41,429 nt of DNA from contig DUHF01000167.1 of the NCBI GenBank assembly GCA_013331015.1, positions 1 through 41,429 of the forward strand. The letters are read 5' to 3'. Positions within the stretch are counted from its first letter, which is position 1, and each line of letters begins with the position of its first letter. The notes under the pieces are model-generated. The model had not been told where the DNA came from, did not search any database, and worked only from the letters and a program-made list of their open reading frames with translations. Source of the stretch: Methanoregula sp. GTDB taxonomy: Archaea; Halobacteriota; Methanomicrobia; Methanomicrobiales; Methanospirillaceae. A program made the position numbers and the translations under genes. Of the stretch, positions 11,668 to 20,277 are shown one piece after another.

Positions 11668-13032
11668 TTACGGGGATACCGTCAGTTCGTATTTTTCTGC
11701 AACTTCGATGAATGCATCAGCGAGATACCGGATTTTCTTATCCGAAAGGCCGTAGGTGTTCAGCTTCCAGGTCCGGGTTGCACCGGCAAACTCGCCCACG
11801 ATCCCACGGGACGAAAGTTCATCGCTGAGGTAGAATCCCCGCCGCTTGTGGGTCTGGGCAATGGTGTCGAAGCTGCCCGTGGTGTCGACCTTGGTGAGCG
11901 TGTGTTTTCTCGGGTACTCGGAGAGCACCCTGCTTCCTGAAATCTTCAGGAGCCGGTCGATGAAGAAGTTCGAACGCTTCACTTCATCCTCCCACTTCAG
12001 GGTCCGGGCCTTGACCGTGGGAAACGATGCCATCATCGAGAGCAGCGTCCCGCCCATCAGCGTGCAGCCGAGCATCTCGACTTCCTTGATACCGAATTTG
12101 CGTTTTGTCAGGTCACCAACCATCGCGGTTGTCCGGAGCGCCTTGGGCGCCCATTCCCCGGTCATCGCCAGTACTCCGGACGGCGCGACCGAGGCCATAC
12201 TCTTGTGTCCGGAGCCAACCACAAAGTCAGCCCCGATCTTCTTGCCATCGACCGGCATGACACCGACCGTATATGCCCCGTTGTACAGGAGCGGGATATC
12301 GTACTGGTGGGAAACTTTTGCAATCGCGGCAATATCGTGCTCGTTTGCAAACTGGTAATCATAATGATCGATCATCGTGAGCACCGGGAGTTTTCCGGTC
12401 TCAGCTTTGACCTCTTCGATCTTTTGTGCTGTTGCTTCTGCGGTCACGAGGTTCTTCTCGTTCAGCGACACTTCCCGGACAATTCCTCCGGCATTTTCTA
12501 CTGCAAGGAACTCGGTGTAGTGGGCGAGCGCTGATACGATCACCGTATCGCCTTTCCCAACCAGCGTACCAGCAACTGCCTGGAATCCCCGCCGGGCCCC
12601 CGGCACCACGCGGGCGATATCCATGTTGACGAACTTTGCAAGCTCGTCATGGAAGTCGGCAATGCCCGGCTTAGAGATCTTATCAAGCCGGAACGGTTTG
12701 CGGCAGGCGTCACACGTGGAGTACCCGTCCCCGTACGAGATGAGGGCCTTTCTGGCCTCGGTTGTCAGTCGCCCTGCCGCCTGGATAGGCTGGATGTTGA
12801 TCGCCTCCTCTTCCCGGGTCCGCAGGTCAATGGAACCTGCAATCTTTGTCACCCTGGGTGTCCCGGTCCCGGCTTCGAGGTCCGAAAGGATTGCCTTCAC
12901 GTCGGCAATCTTCTGCCGGAATGCGGCCTCCTCTTCGGGATCGAAACCGGTTGGTAACGACTCGCGGAAGAGCCCACGGACCTCTTCAAGCGCGAAGAGC
13001 GCTTCGAATGTTTTCTGGATCCTGATATTCAT
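11668..13032 (-). CDS. pscS: Sep-tRNA:Cys-tRNA synthase (SepCysS) with ~65-aa N-terminal extension
   Basis: PIQAAGRLT, GDGYSTCDAC, GARRGF, AHYT, GSGHKSMAS and EMLGCT motifs; AGGTGA RBS upstream. Confidence 0.92.
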   Translation of the reverse strand: MNIRIQKTFEALFALEEVRGLFRESLPTGFDPEEEAAFRQKIADVKAILSDLEAGTGTPRVTKIAGSIDLRTREEEAINIQPIQAAGRLTTEARKALISYGDGYSTCDACRKPFRLDKISKPGIADFHDELAKFVNMDIARVVPGARRGFQAVAGTLVGKGDTVIVSALAHYTEFLAVENAGGIVREVSLNEKNLVTAEATAQKIEEVKAETGKLPVLTMIDHYDYQFANEHDIAAIAKVSHQYDIPLLYNGAYTVGVMPVDGKKIGADFVVGSGHKSMASVAPSGVLAMTGEWAPKALRTTAMVGDLTKRKFGIKEVEMLGCTLMGGTLLSMMASFPTVKARTLKWEDEVKRSNFFIDRLLKISGSRVLSEYPRKHTLTKVDTTGSFDTIAQTHKRRGFYLSDELSSRGIVGEFAGATRTWKLNTYGLSDKKIRYLADAFIEVAEKYELTVSP

Positions 13033-13060
13033 GGTCTTTCACCTTTCTTTTTTAATTTAG

Positions 13061-13132
13061 AGCCAGCGCCCGGAATTGAACCGGGATGTAGCTGATCTGC
13101 AATCAGCCGCGTAACCACTCCACCACACTGGC
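13061..13132 (-). tRNA. tRNA-Cys(GCA), G37, U73
   Basis: Cloverleaf: acceptor GCCAGTG/CGCTGGC, anticodon arm GCTGA-TTGCAGA-TCAGC, T arm CCCGG-TTCAATT-CCGGG. Confidence 0.95.
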
Positions 13133-13139
13133 ACTCTTG

Positions 13140-13181
13140 TTCACGATTGTGAATCTTACCATACTAAATAACAATTGTGAA
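13140..13181. promoter_or_regulatory. Two putative operator sites: TTCACGATTGTGAA (13140-13153) and ATAACAATTGTGAA (13168-13181)
   Basis: Match the recurring palindrome; directly upstream of tRNA-Cys and pscS. Confidence 0.7.
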
Positions 13182-13432
13182 TATTTAATAGTTCGGGCAT
13201 CGGCAGGATTTTCCTGATCATCGTTTTCCGTCGGAAACTGTTTTTATTGCCCTCTTTTTGTATGACCAATGAGGATATTATCCGCGCATCCATATTCATA
13301 TCAGTAATTTTGGGAGCAGTTTCTCATCTTACGTTGAGAAAAAAAAAGTTTTTACATCCATGAATTCCCGGCAGGTTTTTCCCCGTGCAGATTTGTTATC
13401 CCCCATAAGGTTTGATATTCATCAGGATCCAG

Positions 13433-13446
13433 GTAACAATTGTGAA
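13433..13446. promoter_or_regulatory. Putative operator GTAACAATTGTGAA
   Basis: Recurring motif, upstream of nadA. Confidence 0.7.
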
Positions 13447-13533
13447 TATTTATCCCTCGGGAAGGTGGTGTACTAGATATCTGCGATAGTTTTCATTTAA
13501 AAATACCAGAACATTCCCCGGAGGAAATCTACG

Positions 13534-14442
13534 ATGCTGGATGAGACGAAGCTCAGAGAAAAGATTCTGCGGTTAAAACAAAAAAGGCATGCAATTATCC
13601 TTGCACATAATTACCAGCCCGGCGAAGTGCAGGACATTGCCGATATTGTCGGCGACTCGCTGGAGCTCTCCCGCGCCGCTGCATCTCTCGACTGTGAGGT
13701 CATTGTTTTCTGTGGTGTTGACTTTATGGCAGAGACTGCGGCGATTCTCTCCCCGCAAAAACACGTTCTGCTTCCGGCGCCGGATGCGTGCTGTCCTATG
13801 GCGGAGATGATTACCCCGGGTGAACTTACCCTCCTGCGGGAACGGTACCCTGACGCTGCCGTTGTCTGCTACGTCAATACCACAGCAGAAGTTAAAGCAG
13901 GAAGCGATATCTGCTGTACTTCATCGAATGCGGTGAACGTGGTGAACTCGCTCGATGAACAGCGGGTGATATTCGTGCCCGACCGGAACCTCGCACGCTA
14001 TGTTGCGCGATTCACGGACAAGGAAATTCTTCCCTGGGACGGGTACTGTATCGTCCATGAACAGTTTACCCCGGATCATGTGCGGGAGGCAAAACAGCAT
14101 TACCCGAATGCAGAGGTGATCGTTCATCCTGAATGCAGACCGGAAGTGATCGACCTTGCAGATCATGTTGCCAGTACTTCGGGGATCATCAGGTACATCT
14201 GTTCCTCGGATAAACCCGAGTTCATCATCGGCACCGAGGTCGGGATCTTACACCGGATCAAAAAAGAGTGCCCGGAGAAACAATGCTATCCCCTTTCAGA
14301 CACCGCCATCTGCCGGAATATGAAAAAGACCGATCTTACGAAAGTATATGCCGCTCTTTTGCATAACAGCCCCCGCATCACGGTCCCTGAGACTATTGCC
14401 ATAAAAGCACGGGCGGCGATAGATCGGATGCTGGCAATCTGA
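13534..14442 (+). CDS. nadA: Quinolinate synthase
   Basis: LAHNYQ, GDSLEL, FCGVDFMAET, CCTSSNA, HPEC and GTEVG motifs. Confidence 0.95.
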   Translation: MLDETKLREKILRLKQKRHAIILAHNYQPGEVQDIADIVGDSLELSRAAASLDCEVIVFCGVDFMAETAAILSPQKHVLLPAPDACCPMAEMITPGELTLLRERYPDAAVVCYVNTTAEVKAGSDICCTSSNAVNVVNSLDEQRVIFVPDRNLARYVARFTDKEILPWDGYCIVHEQFTPDHVREAKQHYPNAEVIVHPECRPEVIDLADHVASTSGIIRYICSSDKPEFIIGTEVGILHRIKKECPEKQCYPLSDTAICRNMKKTDLTKVYAALLHNSPRITVPETIAIKARAAIDRMLAI

Positions 14443-14502
14443 TTTTTTTAAAATAGTGGTAAAAATGAATGTGCCAGATCCTGACAGGGCATTTTTAAAA
14501 GT

Positions 14503-15504
14503 TCAAAGATCCCTTTGCGGGGTCAAATCGCATCCGGTACATGGCAGGCACATAGTCTGTGCAACCCGGACGTCCAGCCCGTACCGCTCAAGCGCAGATT
14601 TGTTGAGCCGTGCAAGGAGTATAAGGCGGTACGCGGATGGACGTTCAACCACAATCTCTCCTTTTCTCAGGGGGTGTGGCGAGATCGGGCGCAGGTTGGG
14701 GATGATTCCCCGGGAGGCGAGCGTCTCAATTCCTTCCTGAACGCACGCATCGGTTTCACCGAGGCCGATGATGAAGTTCGAGGATACCCGGTTCTTTCCG
14801 AAAACCCGGACAGCATCCTCAAGGGCGGACAGGATATAATCCCGCGAGAGCCCGGGACAGACCCGCTCAAAGATCGCCCGGTTCATGGTTTCGACATTGT
14901 ACTTGATCTCGATGGCACCTGCCGCACGGAGATCTTCGGTGGATGTTGCAGTCGGGTAGATCGAGACACCGATAGGTAAATCGAATCGTGCTGCAAGGTG
15001 TCGTACAATTTCTGTCATATACTGCGCTTCCTTTTCCGGAGATTCTGCGACCCCGCTGGTCAGGGAGATGGCCCGGACCGTCCCCCGCGCCAGTGCCGCC
15101 TCTACGAGCCCGGTGATCTCATCAATCGTCTTCACATGCCCGTTCAGCTTCGGTACCGGGCAGAATTTACAATCAAAAATGCAGCGCTCACTCACTGTAA
15201 TGTAAGCCTGTTCCGGGCAGTGGCAGAGCGGGAGCTCCAGGGTACCATAGGCAATGATCCGCCCTTCTTTCTGTACAGCCACCCCCTCGTTCCAGGGGAT
15301 TACCTTAAGGGAAGATTCCGGTTTTATTGAAAGCCGGACCCGGTGTTCGCCCGAACGGATGAAAAAAGAGGCCCCTCCGGCACCCGGTCCTGCGGTCGCA
15401 GTTGTTTTAAAAACGGCAGGCAGGAGGCGGGGATCAATATCAGCACTACCGATGTTGATCAGGAGAGCTTTTGTTTCAGCAGTAAGGCCCCGGTGCATTA
15501 TCAT
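14503..15504 (-). CDS. Radical SAM protein (biotin synthase-related archaeal family)
   Basis: CIFDCKFC CxxxCxxC motif preceded by HCPEQ; IIGLGET; C-terminal CLPCTGCD. Confidence 0.85.
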   Translation of the reverse strand: MIMHRGLTAETKALLINIGSADIDPRLLPAVFKTTATAGPGAGGASFFIRSGEHRVRLSIKPESSLKVIPWNEGVAVQKEGRIIAYGTLELPLCHCPEQAYITVSERCIFDCKFCPVPKLNGHVKTIDEITGLVEAALARGTVRAISLTSGVAESPEKEAQYMTEIVRHLAARFDLPIGVSIYPTATSTEDLRAAGAIEIKYNVETMNRAIFERVCPGLSRDYILSALEDAVRVFGKNRVSSNFIIGLGETDACVQEGIETLASRGIIPNLRPISPHPLRKGEIVVERPSAYRLILLARLNKSALERYGLDVRVAQTMCLPCTGCDLTPQRDL

Positions 15505-15559
15505 GTACCTCGTGAATTATGAAAAAGATCATACGAGTTTTTATTGAATGGGATTTTTA

Positions 15560-15631
15560 AGCCAATGCCCGGATTCGAACCGGGTTGTAGCTGATCTGCA
15601 ATCAGCCGCGTAGCCACTCCGCCACATTGGC
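15560..15631 (-). tRNA. tRNA-Cys(GCA), G37, U73
   Basis: Cloverleaf: acceptor GCCAATG/CATTGGC, anticodon arm GCTGA-TTGCAGA-TCAGC, T arm CCCGG-TTCGAAT-CCGGG. Confidence 0.95.
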
Positions 15632-15779
15632 ATTGTTTTTGTCAGCGCAATTGCACTGTATCATCGTATGTTCGGGAGCTATTTAGGGGCTGATTTACGG
15701 GCATTTTTTGCCGCAAAGTCCGGGTCGCGGAATTTCCCGGTGTCTGGCGGATCAGTTATGGCAGGGGAAAACGAAATAC

Positions 15780-15793
15780 TTAACAATTGTGAA
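15780..15793. promoter_or_regulatory. Putative operator TTAACAATTGTGAA
   Basis: Recurring motif, 26 bp upstream of the wHTH regulator ATG. Confidence 0.7.
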
Positions 15794-15819
15794 CTCTTAC
15801 GTTGTTATGGTGATCCACT

Positions 15820-16102
15820 ATGAGGGATCGTTTTTGTTGTAAACACAAACGGGAATAATAACATCCGAAGAATCGGGCACCTGCCGCCATCGGCAAAGCT
15901 CGTGTATAAAGTGCTTGAGAATGGTAGCCAGCTGACACAGAAGGATCTCATCCGCGAGACCTCCCTGCCATCCCGGACCGTGCGGTACGCTTTGAACCGG
16001 CTCAAGGATGAACAATTCCTCATCGAGCGTCATTATTTCGTTGATGCCCGGCAGAGCCTCTATGGCCTTATTCAGCCATCGAAGGAGGTGGTTGCGGTAT
16101 GA
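15820..16102 (+). CDS. Winged-helix (MarR-like) regulator, split by a +1 frameshift near 15832-15836
   Basis: GGTGAT RBS (15809-15814) and ATG 15820 give MRDRFCCKHKRE*; the +1 frame gives VVNTNGNNNIRRIGHLPPSAKLVYKVLE...LTQKDL...RTVRYALNRL...DARQSLY, with no in-frame ATG/GTG/TTG before GTG 15902. Confidence 0.75.
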
Positions 16103-16242
16103 TGCGACCCCCCATGTGCCATGCCGGTAAGAAAAACCCGGCCTTTTAGGTGCGGTGCTGATACCTGCACCCCGGCCTCATCTCTCTTTCTCATTATTAA
16201 AAAAGGGGGAGCTCTGGAAACTTTTTCTGAGGTTTTTTTAAT

Positions 16243-17502
16243 TCACAACGGCTGGTCCGTGATTGTGATCCCGGCCGCAACCATCTTCTCGCGTATTATA
16301 TCGGCGACCTCGAACTGCTTCTTTGCCCGTAGCTCTTCCCGGATCTCGTGAAGCACGCTTAATGGTGCACTCGTCTCTTGCAGGAAGTTAATCCCGAGGA
16401 TCGCCCCGTACTCCTTCAATGCCCCAAGATCTCCGTTCGCCGCCAGACGCTGAATCGCTGCCAGCGCCATGGGTGTGTTGAGGTCGGCCTCCATGGCATC
16501 AATGAAAGTTTTCCGGCCTTCCTCATCCGGACCCTTATCTTTCCCGGCAATCGCCCGTATGTGCCCGAGCCCTTTTGCCGCATTGGCGAGTCCCTCATCG
16601 GTTGCCTGAAGCGGGGACCGGTAATGAGAGAGCAGGATAAAATACCGCAGGACCTCCTTGTTCCAGGTCTTCAGGGCATCACGGATGGTGATGAAATTCC
16701 CCAGCGATTTCGACATCTTCTCGCCTTTCACCGTCAGGAATCCCGTGTGCAGCCAGTACCGGACCATGGGGTGTTTTCCCTCTAAAGATTCCATCTGGGC
16801 GATCTCTGCCTCGTGGTGGGGGAAGATCAGGTCAAGTCCCCCGCCATGGATATCGTACTGCTGCCCGAAGTACTTCTCGGAGATTGCTGTATCTTCAATA
16901 TGCCACCCGGGCCGGCCCCTGCCCCACGGAGAGTCCCACGTATATTCCCCGTACTCCCCGGTCTTCCAGAGCGAAAAATCGAGCGGGTTCTGTTTTGTTG
17001 CATCCGTCACGCGGCTGACCCGGTTCGTCCCGTCCTGGCCGGACAGTTCCCCATTGCGCTCGAAGGAGTCCACGTTGAAGTAGACTCCGGTCTCCGTAAC
17101 ATAGGCCACACCACGGGCAATCAGGCGCCCCACCTGATCGATGATTTCGGGGATGTGGGTCGTTGCCCGTGCATAGTAACTGACCGCATCGATACCAAGC
17201 GCCAGCATATCACGGAAATACTCGGTCTCGAACTTCCGGGCAAGGGCCGGCTGGGAGATTCCCTCCTCCGCTGCCCGGTTGATGATCTTATCGTCAACGT
17301 CCGTGATGTTCTGAAGATAGAACACTTCTTTTCCGGTCCACCGGAGGTACTTTGTCAGTACGTCAAAGGCTACATACGTCCGGGCATGCCCGAGATGCGA
17401 GTAGTCATAGACAGTAGGACCGCAGACAAACAGGTACACCCGGTCCGGATGGAGTGTCTCTAACGGTTCAATGGTTCTTGACAACGTACTGTATAATTCC
17501 AT
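16243..17502 (-). CDS. cysS: Cysteine--tRNA ligase
   Basis: CGPTVYD, HLGH, NITDVDDKII, GRPGWHIE, DIHGGGLDLIFPHHE and KMSKSLGN; ATG 17502 (the longer ORF start runs through the tRNA). Confidence 0.95.
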   Translation of the reverse strand: MELYSTLSRTIEPLETLHPDRVYLFVCGPTVYDYSHLGHARTYVAFDVLTKYLRWTGKEVFYLQNITDVDDKIINRAAEEGISQPALARKFETEYFRDMLALGIDAVSYYARATTHIPEIIDQVGRLIARGVAYVTETGVYFNVDSFERNGELSGQDGTNRVSRVTDATKQNPLDFSLWKTGEYGEYTWDSPWGRGRPGWHIEDTAISEKYFGQQYDIHGGGLDLIFPHHEAEIAQMESLEGKHPMVRYWLHTGFLTVKGEKMSKSLGNFITIRDALKTWNKEVLRYFILLSHYRSPLQATDEGLANAAKGLGHIRAIAGKDKGPDEEGRKTFIDAMEADLNTPMALAAIQRLAANGDLGALKEYGAILGINFLQETSAPLSVLHEIREELRAKKQFEVADIIREKMVAAGITITDQPL

Positions 17503-17519
17503 TATAATCTCCCTGGTAT

Positions 17520-17596
17520 TGGACGCCGGTGGGTGGAGTCGAACCCCCAGACATTCGCTTTGCAGGCGAAGGCATTTACCGTTCTGCCACACCGGC
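17520..17596 (-). tRNA. Atypical tRNA-Cys(GCA), A37, 3' end G-T-C-C-A
   Basis: Acceptor GCCGGTG/CACCGGC, anticodon arm TTCGC-CTGCAAA-GCGAA, T arm GGGGG-TTCGACT-CCACC with one G:A mismatch. Confidence 0.85.
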
Positions 17597-17617
17597 TTTT
17601 TTACATCGGTTCAGAGA

Positions 17618-17630
17618 TTTTATATAAAAA
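17618..17630 (-). promoter_or_regulatory. Putative TATA box for tRNA-Cys and cysS
   Basis: TTTTTATATAAAA located 22-34 nt upstream of the tRNA 5' end. Confidence 0.6.
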
Positions 17631-18034
17631 ATTCTTTGGGGTTTTTAAAAAAACCCCCGGATATCACAGCGGGTGCGTGCTGTACTGCATGAGGCGATTG
17701 TGATCGGTCGGGTATGGCGATCCTGCGGCAGTTTGAGACCGCAGGTGAATACCCGGACTGTGAATGAGGACGTGAGTTCAGGACTAAAGTTCAGGAACAC
17801 ATACCATCGACTGCGGATTGTCTGCGGACCCCGCGGTGTTCAGTCATCTGCGTGTATGTGCGTGTGAGCTCCTCAGGACAACAATACTGTCCGGAGCTCC
17901 GGATACCGCTGAACCGTTCGACCGACCGTTCCTGCCCTCTGCGGGAATGATGACGGAGTACAATTCCGGATCGCGCCGGAATTGCTGCGGTTGTTGCGAT
18001 ATTCGCATGGTATGTATTCATGATTTCGTTCCTG

Positions 18035-18048
18035 TTCACGGGTGTGAA
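18035..18048. promoter_or_regulatory. Variant operator TTCACGGGTGTGAA
   Basis: Keeps the TTCAC-N4-GTGAA arms but has a different centre. Confidence 0.4.
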
Positions 18049-18198
18049 CACACAGTATGGATCGGGTTTGCTGATATAGCCTGATTTTGTGTCAGGTTTT
18101 GCCGCAATCTTCATCGCCGCACCGGGCAGGGTATGATAATCCTATTGTCGGGACAGGTAATTTTTGCCGAGACCAAGGTATTTATCATCCTATGATAA

Positions 18199-18212
18199 TT
18201 AACAATTGTGAA
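18199..18212. promoter_or_regulatory. Putative operator TTAACAATTGTGAA
   Basis: Recurring motif, upstream of cysK-cysE-pdxS. Confidence 0.7.
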
Positions 18213-18305
18213 GTCCTGAATGATCCAATCGTATCCCACGGTCGCCCGGCCACCAGACCGGGATTCTTCAATCCCTGATCATTCCTGAGACCTGGAAGTA
18301 TTCCC

Positions 18306-19238
18306 ATGACAAAAATTTACGACAATATTCTCGCAACCATAGGTAACACCCCGCTGGTCCGGCTGAACCGCATAACCGGCGGGGCCGAGGCAACCGTGCT
18401 TGCCAAGCTCGAGTCCTTCAACCCGGGCAGCAGCGTCAAGGACCGGATTGCCGTATCCATGATCGATGCTGCGGAAGCAGCAGGACAGATCAAAGCAGAT
18501 ACGATCATAGTAGAGCCCACCAGCGGCAACACCGGCATCGGACTTGCCATGGTTGCAGCAGCCCGGGGATACAAGTTCACCCTCGTCATGCCGGAGACGA
18601 TGAGCATCGAGCGGCGGAAACTTGCCAAGGCGTTCGGTGCGGAGATCGTGCTCACCCCCGGGGCCGAGGGGATGAAAGGGGCCGTTGCCAAAGCCGAGAA
18701 ACTGGCAGCCGGGAACCCGAACTACTTCTACATCCCCCAGCAGTTCAAAAATCTGGCAAATCCCGAGATCCACCGGAAGACAACCGCTGAGGAGATCTGG
18801 CGCGATACTGACGGAAAAGTCGATATTCTTGTTGCCGGCGTGGGGACCGGCGGGACGATCACCGGCATCGCGGATGTCATCGGGAAGAGAAAACCCTCGT
18901 TCCGTGCCATCGCGGTCGAACCTGATGCATCACCGGTCCTCTCCGGCGGATCCCCCGGCCCGCACCGGATCCAAGGGATCGGTGCTGGTTTTGTACCGGA
19001 CAACCTCCAGCGCGATCTTATCAGCGAGATCATCCGGGTGAAGAACGAGGATGCTTTCGACACCGCCCGCAGGCTTGCACGCGAGGAGGGCATTCTTTCC
19101 GGGATTTCCGGCGGGGCTGCCCTGCATGCTGCACTTAACGTTGCCTGGCGTCCCGTAAACAAGGGAAAGACCATTGTTGTCATACTGCCCGACAGCGGTG
19201 AACGCTACCTGAGCATCCCCGATCTTTTCCTGGAGTAA
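18306..19238 (+). CDS. cysK: Cysteine synthase A
   Basis: [45 protein letters not shown] and DSGERYLS motifs. Confidence 0.95.
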   Translation: MTKIYDNILATIGNTPLVRLNRITGGAEATVLAKLESFNPGSSVKDRIAVSMIDAAEAAGQIKADTIIVEPTSGNTGIGLAMVAAARGYKFTLVMPETMSIERRKLAKAFGAEIVLTPGAEGMKGAVAKAEKLAAGNPNYFYIPQQFKNLANPEIHRKTTAEEIWRDTDGKVDILVAGVGTGGTITGIADVIGKRKPSFRAIAVEPDASPVLSGGSPGPHRIQGIGAGFVPDNLQRDLISEIIRVKNEDAFDTARRLAREEGILSGISGGAALHAALNVAWRPVNKGKTIVVILPDSGERYLSIPDLFLE

Positions 19239-19249
19239 GAGGGTCCGAC

Positions 19250-20215
19250 ATGGTGTTTGACCGAATCCGGGAAGATATTTCTGCAATCTACGGCAAGGAC
19301 CCCGCAGCCCGATCCACGCTGGAGATCCTCTTCTGCTACCCCGGGCTCCATGCCCTCTGGTTCCACAGAAGGGCCCGCTGGCTCTTTGTCCATAACCTGA
19401 AATTCTGGGCCCGACTCGTCTCGCACATCAGCCGTTTCCTGACCGGTATCGAGATCCACCCCGGAGCAATGATTGGCCGCCGCGTGGTCATCGACCATGG
19501 CATGGGTATCGTCATTGGGGAGACTGCCGAAGTGGGGAATGATGTTCTCATCTATATGGGCGTTGTCCTGGGCGGCACGGCACTTGAAAACGTCAAGCGT
19601 CACCCGACTATCGAGGACGGCGTTATCCTTGGATCGGGTGCGATTGTCCTTGGCCCTATTGTTATCGGGAAAGGGGCCAAAGTGGGGGCTGGATCGGTTG
19701 TAGTCCGATCCGTTCCACCCGGGGCAACCGTTGTGGGTGTGCCAGGCAGGATTGCAGGACCCGAACCGGGTTCCCGAGGAGAACAGACCGAAGAGGTCAT
19801 GCCGGATCCAATGCTCCGGGTCATCAGCAGGCTGCTTGACCGGCAGAACCAGCTTGAGGAACGGCTTCGCACCATCGAACAGGCAAGGCCTCACACGGGC
19901 CCTGACGCACTGCCGCAGGAAGTTGTCTGTGAGAACGAGATCCGGAAGGCATTGAAGGACGTGATTGATCCTGAGGTTGGCATTGATATTGTGGACCTCG
20001 GGCTCATCAAGGAGATCCGGGTTACCGGAAACCGGGTGGAGATCGACATGGTCCTCACATGTAAAACCTGCCCCCTCTCTGATCATCTTTCCGACCAGGT
20101 GAGGAGAAAAGCACAGGGTGTCTGCGGCATTGATCAGGTGACGGTGAATGTCCTTGATGAGCCGTGGAACTGGGACCGGTTCGTGAAACAGCGGGGCAGC
20201 CTCCGCCAGATCTGA
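19250..20215 (+). CDS. cysE: Serine O-acetyltransferase fused to a C-terminal DUF59/SufT-like Fe-S assembly domain
   Basis: [19 protein letters not shown] and KRHPT hexapeptide region; C-terminal [20 protein letters not shown]...LT..TCP...PW. Confidence 0.9.
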   Translation: MVFDRIREDISAIYGKDPAARSTLEILFCYPGLHALWFHRRARWLFVHNLKFWARLVSHISRFLTGIEIHPGAMIGRRVVIDHGMGIVIGETAEVGNDVLIYMGVVLGGTALENVKRHPTIEDGVILGSGAIVLGPIVIGKGAKVGAGSVVVRSVPPGATVVGVPGRIAGPEPGSRGEQTEEVMPDPMLRVISRLLDRQNQLEERLRTIEQARPHTGPDALPQEVVCENEIRKALKDVIDPEVGIDIVDLGLIKEIRVTGNRVEIDMVLTCKTCPLSDHLSDQVRRKAQGVCGIDQVTVNVLDEPWNWDRFVKQRGSLRQI

Positions 20216-20277
20216 TATCACTCAGATATTGCCAATTTTTTTTAAAAAATTTCTATACAAACGAAAGGAGAATCGAA

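Noticed and set aside
15643-15658. CAGCGCAATTGCACTG near tRNA-Cys 2 as another operator copy
   Set aside because: It shares only the CAATTG centre and lacks the TTCA/TGAA arms.
17503-17592. 30-aa N-terminal extension of CysRS in the ORF track
   Set aside because: It is a translation of the tRNA-Cys gene; ATG 17502 has its own GGGAG RBS.
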